Assembly: GCF_003704095.1 (NCBI RefSeq)
Contig: NW_020844757.1
Coordinates: forward strand, 62,001-126,000
Source: Pocillopora damicornis
Taxonomy: Eukaryota
Direction: 5' to 3'
DNA: 64,000 nt
Shown one piece after another: positions 48,491 through 62,781 of the stretch (within the stretch, counting starts at the first letter, position 1; each line of letters begins with the position of its first letter). The translations under genes were made by a program, and so were the position numbers. Under the pieces are notes generated by a model, which saw only the letters and a list, made by a program, of their open reading frames with translations, did not search any database and was not told the origin of the DNA.

Positions 48491-51400
48491 TCATTCCCCT
48501 TCGTCACCGTCAACATCATCATCACTCTCCTCCTCTGCCTCTTGTAACCACGTGATAAAGCGAGAAATCTGTGAGAAACAGAATAATGAAACATAAGCAT
48601 ACCACCACTGGAGATTTCTTCGCTATCCTTTGGTTTGTATTAATTATGATTCAGTGAAAACGTCATCATAGACAGCAAACCTTGCTGAGGTAGTTTCTCA
48701 AGAGTAATGTAGTGTTTGGTACAGAATTTGGAATACAATTAATGAACACAAAGCGGAGGAGAGATGCAAAGGCAAAGTTAGGGACATATCACCGCGGAAA
48801 AGGCAAAACAAGGAAACAGTTACACTCATCAAGTAACAAACTTACTTGCTGTCGCAATAGTTTCCGCTGCGGTTCAAAGCTTCCGTCCTCTCCACCCGTT
48901 GGTTTGCGAGAATACCACTGAAGAATTAGGGCTTCCTCCAGGATTTCTTTGTCGTAGAGAAGGTGAAGAAACGTCTGACACAGTGGAGACGCCCACATGG
49001 CTTGCACAAAAAATTCCTATCCACAAAGATATGAAAACTTCTCTCACTTTTTCTGCGTGAATACTCATTTTATAGAAAAACGAAATTATATCGTTACTCT
49101 ATCTAACTAAAAAACATTACAGTTACATTGCAAGTTTAAACAAACTGTTGGGTCTTTAAAATTTTAGTTTTCCATTTTTCTATCGCTAAGCTAATATCGA
49201 ACCTGCGTCTGATTCACTTTGTTTTCCTTTTCGAACGAGAGCACCTCGAGGGTGATATAATTACAACACTGCTGCCACCAAGAAGAGCTGCAGACGGGTA
49301 TATTAGCAAACAATTCACATTTCGTATGAGCGCTTTACGATTGAGTGTCATAAAACCAAAACCGAAGTAATCACAACGGCCAATCAGAAGAAAGCCAAAT
49401 ATCTTTGAGAGCCGATGAGAACTCAAAGTAAAAACAGCCAAACTATCTAATGCGCGGGAAAACGCGAACGACCAAGTCAGAGTTGGTTTTAGTTTTGCAT
49501 CTGATTGGTTGAGAGAGTAGCACGAGTTGTTTGGACCAATCACAAAGCGAAGTAAAGCAAAACCAATGCAATATCGCTCTTTCGCTCTGACGAAGGACAA
49601 GCGCTCAAAACGTCAGCTTTAGAAACTCTCTATGGGGGGCAATTTACATTCTCAACTCAGTTGATAAAATCAAATTAGAACGAAATATCGAATCACTTTC
49701 GACACAACTGAATTTTTCTCTTAACGAAAGTAAGACAAAACCAACCTCTGTTGCGTACAATACGTCTCTTTGCCCATCAGAATTCTTTATGTAGTTCAAA
49801 ATCATCGGTAGCAGATGATCTACAGCCTGAGAAAAAAAAGGATTTCGCCAACTGAAAACGACTTCTTTCACACGATAATGGAGATGAGAAGCGGAAGAGA
49901 TCGTTTCGTAGTCAGCTTACCTTTTTAAGATTTTTAGACATTTCTTGCCTCTGCATTGAAGAATCGTGAAGAGAAGATTCAAGCAAAGATTTCACCACAG
50001 CTTGGTTTAGTTCGTGGAAGGTCACGTTGTATGCAAACCTGCAGTAAGATAAAGTTATTGTCCCATGAATATCCGTTATGCAAATAAAGAAAATAACAAA
50101 AAGTAATGAAGGGAAAAGGAGAGGGGGAGGGCAGGGCAGGGCGTGCTAAAAGCACGAAGTGTATATTTATATAGTGACGATTATCCTGCACAGGAACGAG
50201 ATTCAGTGTCGGTTTCATCTGAAAGTCTGCTCATGTCTACACAGTCAACTTACTTTGAAGCATTTATCTCCAATATAAGGTTCTCTGGATCCACTTGATC
50301 TTCAACACCATGTCGTATGGACTCAAGGACTTCATTGTAAAACACTAAAACATAAAACGTAGAAGTGAAAGTAAAGCACAAGAGAGTCTTAACCGCGGGA
50401 CTCGCTAAGCTGGAGGTGTACGCATTTTAACTTTTCTTGGTGAGTATTCGATTCAAAGAGGAGCGAGAGGCAACAGAGAGAGAAACAAGATACTGTTTCC
50501 TCGTCTGGTTGTAAATAATTCTGAGGAGACAATAGTCCCACGCACGGAATCAGTTAGCAATAGACAGCATTGCGAGTTTAAATCTTCTCTTATCACTTTT
50601 ACCTCTTAACCTAAGGTCCTACTACACAGTCCTCCCACCCCACCCTCTTCCCATATTAGACAAATCATTGCAGGGTACCCAGTCATTACAGCTCTATCGA
50701 GTCTTGTAGGAATTACTTACATCTGCTGTCTTCCTCAGGTGGTGGGCTGCCTGGGGGGGTTCCTTCTTCACTGGAAATTGAGCTCACTTCATCCTCACTT
50801 GAACTGACTCTATCAAGCCCTAATCAATATCAAATAGTGTACTTTCAGTTGTATTGAATATCACATGAAGTATGCCAATGACAATTGGGTGCAAGAAAAA
50901 AACAATACAATGTACATTGTCACACCAACTTACAGGAAAAAAAACTAAAATTTAGTTTGATTATACCACAAGCTCATGTAACAACACTGTACTTAATTCA
51001 TTGGCAGCCAAGCTGCAGACAAATATTGTCAGTTCATTGATAATTTTCATAGTAACCCTTAGTGTCCTGAGTTGACAGTAAATCGAGGACTTGAGGAAGT
51101 ATTTGTATGTGTCACATAAATATTTTCTCTCACCCCACACATCTTGTACTTGCTCCATTTCATCATCAGATTCTACATCAGGTCTCCACACATGTCCTTG
51201 TCCTTCACTGCCAACCTCCTCTGGATTAAACTCTATAAAAAGGATCATCTTTACATCTTTACATACACCAAGTATCTGTGCTCAATAACTGTACATGTAT
51301 GTATATAGTACTAATGATTTCTATGTTTTTGCTGTATTTTCTTATGACCTTGTTACATGGTTATTAGCAGATGACTTCAAACAATGGCTAACAATCTTTT

Positions 51401-54400
51401 GGATATTTCAGTTTGTGCTTTAGATGTAATTCTCATTCTAATAATGATCTAATAATCAAAGTTTTATTCAGCTGCAAACTAACTTCAGGCCTTTGAGAAA
51501 GATTCAGCTCACTTTTAAGAGTTAATAATTGCTAAATGCAGAATGTAACATCCTTTACACAAGAACACAAGTTAGAACACAGTTACAGAAAAGAACAAAC
51601 CAACAGACCATCATTTTGTTCAGCAACTGGTTTTTCATCAAGGGATAGGTCATCCATTCCAAATTCTGTTTCATCCTCAGTCTTTCTCTTCAGTGTTATT
51701 TTCACTCCTGGAGAGAGAACTAAGTCGGGCCCAACCACTACCTAAATATCAATAATAAAATTTTTTGGTTTGTTTGTACATGTACAACACAAACAAGGGC
51801 ATGGCTAGGGAGGGTCCTAGGGTGCCTGTGGATCCCCCCACCTCCTTTGTAAGCCTTTTTTAGGTAAACAACCTATAATATTCAGGTGGCAAAAACTGGT
51901 GAGTACCCTCTGTTTGACATAGTGTGACCCCCCTGCTTTGAAAAATCCTGGCTGTGCCCCTCACAAACATTTAATTTTAACTGGACAATAAAGAGATTGT
52001 CTTACAATGTACACAGTCAAGGGGATAAACTTATTTACTAGAATACTTTAATTAGGAATAGTTACCTAGTAATTTTGTACATTGTGAGCCAAAAAGGCAC
52101 ATGAACTAAGAACATTTACTTCAAATAACTTTTGAGAAAAAAGTGACCAAACTAGGATAAAGAGAACTTGGCATATCACTTACATTAAATGAAATAATTG
52201 ATCCCCCAGTAATTGTTACATTCCTATGCACAGGGCAGAAAGAAAGTGAACAAAAATTAAGATAACTGCAGATTGTAAAATCATTTGTGTACATGGTACA
52301 AATGCAATTAAATTCATGTGAGATACAAAAATAACATTAACATGTTTCATCACTCTTTTTTTCTTAAACAAGAAACTATATATTTCATCAACGTCAAATT
52401 GTTCAGCTATTGTGTACCTTTTGATATGCACGTTTTTGCACAGAATTGATTTTGAAATATTACATCCATCATCTACTTTCACATTATCCCAGAGATGAAC
52501 ACCATCTAGTCTAACATTATCACCTGAAAATCATTCAATCACTCAATCAGTCAGTTGAAGTTAAAGTACAGTGCAGTGTGGACAATTAGTTAATAGGGAA
52601 AGAAAGTGAAACAATGTCATAATCCTAACAAAAAACATTCAAGACAAAAATTACACACTAAACTGCTGACAGTAGGAAGTAATTGGTGAATTTCAAGATC
52701 TTTTTTCATAATGTAAGCAATTTTTTTATATGATATATCACATATGCAAAATGTCCATGGGAAAAGCTTAATGCTTTACAAGGAACAGCCACAAACAAAT
52801 GTAATAAGATTTTGTCCTCACCTATAATGCAGTTTCTACCTATAACAGAATTTGTGATCACTGTTCCAACACCTACTGAGGTTCCCTTACTAATTAAAAG
52901 ATTTTCCTCTAATACACAATTCCTGTAAGATGGAAAAAATGTAAACTTAAGCTTGCTGAAATTTCATATAGTTTATTAGAAGGCAGAGTGTAATGAGAAT
53001 GAATGGGGCAAATAATAAAATACATGTAAGATAAGTACAAGTTTATAACCTACCTAGCAAGTGAGAGCTCACTGTCAAGGTAAACATTGTGTCTTGTAAA
53101 TGAGTAGGAGTAGTCCATGAAAAATGTACTATTGTCAGGTACTATTGGATAGGCCCATCTACTAAGAATGTCTTTACTATTCGAAAAAAATTAAAAACAG
53201 TAAAATTACAATATAAACATTTTGCACTGTGTGTAATTTCATTGAGTTTGTTGATGCATTTGTGAACAATACTCTTACAGACACTACTGTTTCCTGAGAG
53301 AACCTCTGAATAGTATTTACAATAACCCTTGGATTTGATTCAAATTTACTTTAAATTGTCTCAAAAATATATCCAACATTCCAACTGCAGTATATCTTTA
53401 ATACACTTAAGTATCTCATTGGAGTTTTACAAAAAAGTATGCTGGTCACTAGGTCAAAGTGGAGATCAAATTCTTGAAGAAAACATCGTTATTTAACACA
53501 TCAAACAAACTGTCAATAAACACGGTGATGGACACTTTTCTTACCAACCTGACTGTGTCATACATGTAAGGGTTGGACACTCTAGCAGCATACTTGTCAC
53601 TGATTATGTATGAATGAATTTGGTTACCCATGATCTAAAAGAAAAAAAAAAAAGAAATTACTTACAATGACTTAGAAGACTGTAGTTCTTAAGATCAATT
53701 TTTCAGATTTGAATCAAGACTACATCTGCTCACCAACGCTTCCACTCCCAAGCTCTTACCAAGTAATTCTGCTTACTGTCTGCCATATAATTCTTATCAT
53801 TTTACCTTGGAGAGTTTGTTATTGGATCAACTAATCACCCCTGATTGATATTTTCTACATTCTCATCACTTATCTGCTTCATACTGTATTCTATTTTAAG
53901 GAGAAAATTAATTATATCTTGGTTACTCATGGGGGTTACAGGGTTAACTTAACTTACACTTTCAAGTTCCATAAAAATGCACTTTTATTTTATTGTGCTT
54001 ACCTCCTCATTTACAAGAATTCCTCTAACAAAATCATCTCTGGTTTGATAATCAAAATTGTCAGTAAATAACTGTGGAACCTGATAAACAGAAAATTATG
54101 AATACAAAATTCATCACTAACAAAGAAACAAATTGAAATTTTTATGGGAGCTGTTCAATTCATAAGGAAAAAAAACAACTACCACAGAATAGACATCAAC
54201 TCACTGTAGTTGAACATATGCAAATGTTACAGTCCAGGAGATCATATCTGATCTGGGTATTGTTGTTACCTGAAAATAAACTCTGAAAGAGAAGCAAAGA
54301 CAGAGAAATTGTGATAAATTAAAGAACTGATACACAACAATAAACAATAAGACCACTTGATATTTACAGTTATTGTTTTTTGGATATTTGCATTACCAAA

Positions 54401-57400
54401 ATTAAGGGAAAAGATATAGAGTTTATCCTCACTTACCAATGGAAATGAAAATCTCTTTTTGTTTGCTGTTTTTTCACACAGAAGAATTCTACCTGTTGTT
54501 GAATCTAAAGCAACTATGAAGTCCTCCTCTTGGCATCTGAAGCAAGTGTAAAATTTAATTTAGATGCAATTTTATGACTAAATCACTGCCAAAATGTTGC
54601 TTGAAACTGGACCATGCACATCCCTCCTTTGAAGCTAATTGAGACACAACTTAGCATAATAAAATTGAGCTACTGGAAGCACTCACTCCTGTATCAACCC
54701 TTTACCCCCTAACATCAGTATCCATGTTCTCCATACTATTCACTATACATTTCCTGAGGTGCTGACAAAGAGAATTTGTTTAATAATCAAGAGCTACTTT
54801 AGTTGGTGATCATTTCCTTTATTCTCATGACCTTCATGTTTGATTCATGGGTGATATTGTAAGGAGAAGTTAGATGCTAGTTACTCCTAGGGGTTAAAGA
54901 GTTAAGAGTGGCTTAGGGTTAGTGGTTAGAAGGTAGGAAACTAGAGTTAATAATCCTGGTTTGCATAGCATGACGGGACTTGGAGTATTACTATTACTCA
55001 GGCTTCCCTGATAGTTCCCTGATACCCACTCATACTACTAGGTGGAGAGAGCCACTGATAAAGTAAGTGATTTATGCAAGATCACAAAGAAGTGACTCAG
55101 CCAGGTCTGGAACCTGGACCTCTCAAAAAAGGAATCTAATACACTAACCATTAGACCACCAACTTTCCCACTTAGTTGAAGTCAAGGAAACATAAAATGG
55201 TAATAAGAAATCCAGATGGATACTTACCTTGTTCTATGTCCTGGATTAGCAACTTTGAATACCATTGTCATCAGCGAAGCTTTGTCCTTTTTTCCTCTTT
55301 CTCTAGAATTGATACAAAATTCATGTACCTCATTTCTAAATATACATGAAGATGTATGAAACTACTGACAGTACTGATACTACAGCATGGACTCAAGTTG
55401 ACTTACTTATGTTCTTGTAAGACTTGCTCCAATTTCATGTTTGATACCACATCACCACTCACCAACACAAAATCGTTTTTAAGAAGAGACTTTTAAAACA
55501 AAAAATAAACAATTTGAATCAACAGTTCAAGGTAACTGTATTTTTATCAGCTCTTAAAGTAAATAAAAGTAGAACACCTACTGCCAGGAAAGATTTTCTG
55601 TTGCTAAAGCCCACAGGACACACTTGGCATTATTTTATATGCCAATTGCTAGATCAGCAAAAATTGCCAAGTGTGCCTGGTGCAGCAATGATGACTTCGT
55701 CTGATGAGTGATCAAAATATAAAACCACTAATATCTGGCATGTCAGACTGGTATATCAGCCATTTTCCCTAGAGATCAAATTTAAAGCAATTGGCAAATA
55801 CATATGCATCAAAGGACTTTGAATAGCATATTTAGAAAACTCTTGGAACATGTCTGCTTCAAATTTTGACCAAACTGAATTTTTTCATAAATAACTGGAT
55901 GGAAGTAAAAATTATAAAGGAAAAGATATCTCAAGCTGAAAATCTGAACTCATCAACTACTTTTAACTCATCTTGCTCCAGGCACATTAAAGATAATTAG
56001 ATTAAATTAAAGATAAAGATAACTCATCAAAATTTGTCTTTGCCGTCAAACCTGTCTGTCAATTTCTCGAAGAACATCACCCAATGACAAGCAGTCTTCT
56101 GCAACAATTGTTTTCACTTCACAGGGTGACCTTGAACTGGTCCATTTTGACTGGCTAGAACATAGACAATATATATTACAGTGACAGTTTGTACAAGAGA
56201 ATCAACAAAAGGCTACCAGTTTTTTAGTACACCAGCCCACTAAAAAGACAAGCAGTGGCTACAACCATCAAACTATAAGCACATGATTTTTTTCGATGAA
56301 GTATAGCCATTGGAAGCATGTCATAACTCTACAGACCTTAAATGTTTCTTGATCTGGTCAGCATGTGCACAGCAGAAAACAAAGATTTCCTGTACTCCTG
56401 CCTCCACAAGGAATTCAATGGTGTAATCCAGAAGAGGGACATTGACCAATGGTAACAAGGCCTATGGCGATCATCAAGACATAACCAGCATTAAACCCTT
56501 ACATAAACAGAAGTGATTAACATGTACCTTCTTCATTTAATATCCATTGATCATTCATTACCCAGCAAACAGGTCACAAGAATACTCAGACTTATTATGC
56601 AAAAGTTGTTGTCTTGATCTAAAGCGAATTTTGTAACTAATTTACAAGGCAATGTGTAACAGCGAGAGGAGAGAATTAACAATCAGATCATGGGGGTTAA
56701 AGGGCAAAAAAGAAAAAGTCTAACACCCCTTCCAAACCTATTCCTCATGATCTCTAACCAAGTCTTCCCTTCAAATGTGCTTTGAGTGTTATTCTCTCCA
56801 TACATCATAATTTCTTCTTGTCAAACTCAAATCAGGAAACTCGACTTATTACATTAAACGTCTGTTATGGCTTAAACAGCTTTTTAAAAGCTATTACTGA
56901 TCGCCTCCATAATTATTCCAAGTTAGCACCTAATTCCCTCTCTATTAAGGCAGGTATCCTTAATATTTCAGTCATGAAAGGTAAAAGAAAGCTAGAAGAA
57001 TCATGAATGAAACCTCCATAGGTGATTCGAAGAGATTTCCGTATAACCCCATACTACTCTAAATCAAAGCACCCGTCCGAAAGGTAAACTTATGTTTCCG
57101 CCAATGTTTTCTTTGTAATATATATGTATGCATAATAAAATATGAGCCATTACGGAAACCTCACCGCAACATGGGAGACCACAGCCCACTCAGCTTCTTC
57201 TTAATCGATTTCCAGCAAATTGAATTTATGACCAGATCAAAATAAATCGAAAGTCACAACACACGTGACATGTACATTTAATGACTTCACTTACCCTGGG
57301 TGTTTCAAGAGTTACTGGTAAGAATCTGAAGTTGAAACTATCCGTGAGAATAACGCCTTGAAAGATCTCCTCTCCTTTTTCCCATGACTCCCCCGATTTT

Positions 57401-57429
57401 CCCTCTCCTTTTTTCTTTTTCGAAGTCAT
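48491..57429 (-). CDS. EIF2B5: Translation initiation factor eIF2B epsilon subunit, ~20 exons (first 57429-57295, last 48568-48491)
   Basis: [109 protein letters not shown], left-handed beta-helix exons, W2 domain [17 protein letters not shown] and [15 protein letters not shown]. Confidence 0.95.
49330..49680. mobile_element. Composite relic: CCAATCA-repeat non-autonomous element plus a Penelope-like terminus with a degenerate minimal hammerhead motif
   Basis: Repeated GCCAATCAGA/GACCAATCACA/TGATTGG motifs (also at 23450-23500), then TTCGCTCTGACGAAGGACAAGCGCTCAAAACGTCAGCTTT. Confidence 0.5.
51796..51961. mobile_element. hAT-like MITE with intact 8-bp target site duplication
   Basis: CACAAACA at 51788-51795 and 51962-51969 flanks imperfect TIRs AGGGCATGGCTAGG / CCTGGCTGTGCCCCT. 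Confidence 0.75.
53733..53947. mobile_element. TTAA-type piggyBac-like MITE, degenerate
   Basis: CAACGCTTCCACTCCCAAG ... GGGGGTTACAGGGTTAA. Confidence 0.6.
54694..54905. mobile_element. TTAA-type piggyBac-like MITE
   Basis: TCAACCCTTTACCCCCTAAC ... TAGGGGTTAAAGAGTTAA. Confidence 0.7.
54950..55172 (-). mobile_element. tRNA-derived SINE (same family as 59180 and 40596)
   Basis: AGGCTTCCCTGA..ACCCACTCATACT..GGTGGAGAGAG..CAGGTCTGGAACCTGG; reverse strand contains B-box-like GGTTCCAGACC. Confidence 0.6.
56491..56705. mobile_element. TTAA-type MITE, degenerate
   Basis: TTAAACCCTTAC ... GGGGGTTAAAGGG. Confidence 0.55.
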
Positions 57430-57652
57430 GACTTGGTTGAAATGAATATGGCGCCCATTGATTCAGACCTCCCTTATTATTAGAAACGGAAATTACCGAC
57501 CTTTTTCCGATCTTAGATCGACCTTATTCGTAATTTCTCGATTACAACCCGAAAGCATAGAATGAGCCGCAAACAAAGCAGCGGTTTTACCCAATTCTTT
57601 CTCTCCACGTCTCTGCTTTTCACCTCTTTGTTGATCTTTGTGTAGTTCCAAA
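57430..57652. promoter_or_regulatory. Compact bidirectional promoter region shared by EIF2B5 and TMEM258
   Basis: 223 bp separate the divergent ATGs; contains YY1-like AATATGGCG and ETS-like CGGAAAT. Confidence 0.65.
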
Positions 57653-58525
<873 letters not shown>

Positions 58526-59179
58526 CAAGAAGTACATGACCAGAGAAACCATCTACAAAAACAACAGCCACACTATAACAATTTTCAAGAAAGAAAAGTC
58601 TTGCTGAGCATGGCACCTCTCATTGTGGACACTTGTATTTTACTAAAACAGAATTTCCTAAACGATTGTAATGATAATAAAGAAGTTTAGTTGTATTTGC
58701 TAATTTTGAATGAAGTCCAGTTTTATTTGTGTGCTCCAATTGTGGCAGTGCTTTAGTGTGTGGTATTTAGAGGCAGTAAGCTTGTCAGATCAATCTTGGT
58801 CCCACACAAAACACGAGGTTAAGAGAAAGAGATATTAAGTCATGCTCTATGGAAGTATTAGAAAGCTGAATCTCATAACCAGGCAGGATCAGTACTTCAT
58901 TAGTACAGCATTTCTCATTCCCAATTTCCCTCCCCCTTCCCTTTATTTCCTTAATTACAGCATGGCCTCTGTTATTTATTTATGGCTTTATAGAAATATT
59001 AGATGTGGGCAGGGAGGGTGATTTTCCAGCAAGGGAAATATCGTCATGATGTTCAAAGCAAGGCAGGACTGATATTGTGCAAGTAGAAGCTCCTTCTGGT
59101 GAGGCTTCTTCACTTTTTATTCTATTTTTGTTTTTCTGTCATTTTTCTTTCTGTAAAAGGTAGGTAGAGTCTTATACTT

Positions 59180-59452
59180 GAGCTAAGTGGCCCAACCCAT
59201 CTAAGACTCATCTCGGTTTCCTGAGCATGAAGTGGCTAGAACTATCAGTACTCCTCCTGGATAGGATGCTGGTCTATCATGAGGTTACCCTCTGGCATTT
59301 CATCAGGCTTCCCTAGCAATTTGCCGGTACCCATTTATGCTCCTGGGTGGAGATAGGCGCTGTGAGAGTAGAGTGTTTCATCTGGCCAGGTCTCCAACCC
59401 TAACACTTGACCCTGAGTCCAGTGCACTAATCATAAGGCTACTTCATCTCTC
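59180..59452 (-). mobile_element. tRNA-derived SINE with a conserved central domain (possibly Deu/Nin-type)
   Basis: Reverse strand reads ..CCACCCAGGAGCATAAATGGGTACCGGCAAATTGCTAGGGAAGCCTGATGAAATGC..CATCCTATCCAGGAGGAGTA..CTTCATGCTCAGGAAACCG. Confidence 0.6.
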
Positions 59453-60195
59453 AGTTGTTCTTTATGTAGAGAAGTTGTAACATTGATAACCTAACAATCT
59501 TCGTTTGTGTAGGGGGCTTTCGGTCTTACAATTTGCTTCATTGGAATGATGGTTAAGTAAGTAACTTTTGTAGGTCTGCAGTAATTTTGCAGCATATCAA
59601 AATATTTTATTCCAATTTTTAGATATATGTATACATGCATAATTTTCTAAAAAGTTAAAACTTCTCTATTTGAGCAGCTTCTGTGGAACCTCAAGGTCTC
59701 AGTCTTCATTGATAAATCATTTTATATACATGGTAACAGTTTTATATCCATCTTTCAGTGGCTAGAATGATATGTAATTAACACCCAAGTGGCATCCATT
59801 TTTTGATGGCCTTAGCTGGGGCCAGTTTATCATTAATTTCTGTGGTGCCATCAAATCCCCGAGAGGGTTTGCTATGTGTGTACAATGAAGGCAAACAACC
59901 AGTGGTTCAATGGCTATTTCCTGTGGCTTCAAAGAGGTTATGGCTTTTATAGCCAGCGTTTCAATGCGTCCCACACTTATGAAGCAACAGCAATACAAGA
60001 CTTGTACACGGAGGCTTATTCAAAGGAATAAGACATACATAAAGCTGTTGTTGTTAGAAATTGGACGGGAACAGACGTCTCACAGCTTTGACTCCTGCCG
60101 AGTGCTTTTGTCACAGGTTTTCGGCTACAATGGTGACTGGTAAATTTGGAAACAGAAGACTATAATATTATCAAAGATGAAGGGATTAGATTTCG

Positions 60196-60876
60196 CTATT
60201 TATTGCCAATAATTGGCAACCGACAGGATTTCAACCCGATATGTGTCCTCGCTGCTAACGGGTTTGCTAATTCATCGTGGTCTTCCTTGAAGTCTGTTAA
60301 ATGCATTGAACTCGGACCCGAATTTTCTCTTAATTCGCCGAACGATGTGAATAAAGGAACTGTGGCTGATCTTTTGAACGTTTCATGCGGACTTGTTGTT
60401 AAAGTATGAGACCGACGCATACGGTGTCCTGTGTAACTACACCTGCAATCTGGACTGGGGAATGGCGTGACGGCACTGCACTGCGTAGCAAGGGACGGTG
60501 AATGGCTTCTTACCGAAGGTGGCTGGGCGGAATTAGCCCGTTCATGGACTAATTTAGTCGAGTTTCCGCTTCGCTGTGCTAAATTGGGATACACAGGACT
60601 GACCTGTTGTAACCTCCGCCTTTCTAGTCCTATTTGCGGTGTTTCCCGCACTGTTTGAATACCATTCAATTGCTTTACAAGTGTTTGCTGTTCTTTGAAG
60701 ATGTTGCGATTTCTTATCACGTGTTCTAAGTGTATCGATCGAAGTTGGTCCTGTAGTCGTCTGTCTTCCAAGCTATTACAACGGCGAACTCTTGCCACAC
60801 GATTAGAGAAGCACGAGGGAGGATCTCTATTAAAGATGGACAGGTCCCCTTTACGCGTGATCGTCCGGTTTGACAT
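60196..60876 (-). CDS. Intronless 226-aa basic protein with an N-terminal coiled coil, CCDC190-like (tentative)
   Basis: RRCNSLEDRRLQDQLRSIHLEH..IFKEQQTLVKQL helix, Ser/Arg-rich disordered remainder; paralogous to the ORF at 62782. Confidence 0.7.
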   Translation of the reverse strand: MSNRTITRKGDLSIFNRDPPSCFSNRVARVRRCNSLEDRRLQDQLRSIHLEHVIRNRNIFKEQQTLVKQLNGIQTVRETPQIGLERRRLQQVSPVYPNLAQRSGNSTKLVHERANSAQPPSVRSHSPSLATQCSAVTPFPSPDCRCSYTGHRMRRSHTLTTSPHETFKRSATVPLFTSFGELRENSGPSSMHLTDFKEDHDELANPLAARTHIGLKSCRLPIIGNK

Positions 60877-62781
60877 TCTTCACTGTCCGAGTTCTCCGAG
60901 CGGAAGTTCGTCGGTTCTAATCGTTAAAATCGATTCCAAATAATTCTTACCAAAGCCCTACTTACTTTCCATATCAGTTCAATCGAAGTCCTTTCATCGA
61001 TCGCAAATCATCATGAAAAAAACAAGCTGATGCCTCTTTGAACTAAGCTGAAAACGAGGCCTTTTGAATCTTTTCCGTTGTCTTCAGGGAAGAAGGCCAG
61101 TTTGAACGTTTTGCCGAACTGAAATAAAATCCAACAGGAAACGTCGCTGTTTGGTGGACTCTTTAAATTTCTCAAACGGTTCCACAGATGACACACAGTT
61201 TCCCTTAGACCGTTTCTAAAGTCTTGTTTTAACGCTGTTCCTTGTCTTGGCAAAGTCCTCGAATAGATTAGTCGATAAATACCACGCGAATTCTTGCTAT
61301 CTCATTTCATACATGTGCGGCTTAGTGGTTCGATTCATCAATCATACAGCTTGTTTGTAACCATGGTCTCTTAAAAGAAATGGTTCGTGGGATAGCGCAA
61401 AAGCAAAAATGAACGTATTTGGTAATCTGTTTAGATCTTGGCGTGCGAAAGTGGTGCCAAATTTACCGATAATTATCTTGGTAGCCTAAGAGACTAGATA
61501 TTGTTGTTAAAAAGCAATCAAGAGAAACCTTAGATGACCACAAGTAACTGAGACTAGATATATCATCACAGGTATAGAATATCATTGAGATATCAACAAG
61601 CTTTGATCTCTATGGTTTCTTATTAAAATTCTTTAGATTCCCTCCAAAGGTCTCTGCAAAGGAAGCATATCAGTTCCGTCTATCATCAGGCAGTCGTTAT
61701 GTAACGTAAAGTTAACCAAACAGTTGCAGCAAAGTCATGATTCTTAACTTACCCACCAAAACTGGACCGAAGGAGGGTATCTGGTTAAAAAGAATAAATA
61801 CTGTTAGCTAGATTAGAAGCCGGGCTTGTGCCTGGCAATCACGAGTAAGTAAAGAAATAGCATGCACGTGATCGCGCTATCGAATTTTCCCTATTGCGGG
61901 TCAGTCACCGGTTTCAGTCTAAGAGAGTCCAGTGCCTCAGGGAGTTTCTTAGCATCATTTAGTGTTACTCAGTACCATCCCAGTGCATGATTCATGATGA
62001 GATTGCGTAATATATACAGTATTTTGTTACTTGTCAACCAACAGTTAATGTACTGACTGTATGATAGTGTTGCAGATAGGGAAACCGGAGAGTCTCTAGC
62101 GACCTGAACCCCTAAGTTTGAAGGAAGGTGTCGATGTCTAAAGGCCTTCGAAAATCTAAAATTTCCTGCAAGTCTTTTCCTTTGATTTGTAATCCGCATA
62201 TCGAGGAGTTTTGTCCGCGATTGAATGTTTGGCGGTTTCGTTGCAGAATTTGCGGCCAGCCCTTTTGCTTTTTTAAAGAGAGAGCGTGGTTCATGGGCGA
62301 AGAAAGGTAGGGGCCTTACCCAACAAGCCCCTTCCAGCCTTCGGCCGAAATCGAACTTAGGCTCCTCGACACAGGCGCTCACGCTGCTTTGTTGTTAGAG
62401 ATTTGAAACATGTCCCAGAGAAGATTCATTCACCCATGACTTGAAATAAACTGAGTAAACAACTGTCTTTCCTGATCATCAGCAAAATCTTTAAGATTGA
62501 CTGATGTAAACTAGTGATCAGCATTATGATGAATATAAAACAAAAACTAATGTGAAAGTTAATTAAAATAGGGCATTTAATCGGTATTCTGAAAATGGTG
62601 TTAGTTGGGGATTAAGCCTAAGCTGACTGCATTAAATAAAAAGTCCCAGATGGTAGGGAAACGCTACAGGTGCGTGACATTTTCATGTAAAGCTCTGTCA
62701 CGCAACCTTAAGCCCCCCATAGTAAGTCATAAATTCTGGTTTAACAATGACGTCAATCACAATGTAGCTGATTTATTTTTT

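Noticed and set aside
49214-49600. 128-aa ORF in an EIF2B5 intron
   Set aside because: Derived from a CCAATCA-type repeat element
61969-62382. 137-aa minus-strand ORF between the CCDC190-like genes
   Set aside because: Non-ATG start, no similarity to the flanking paralogs, no motif
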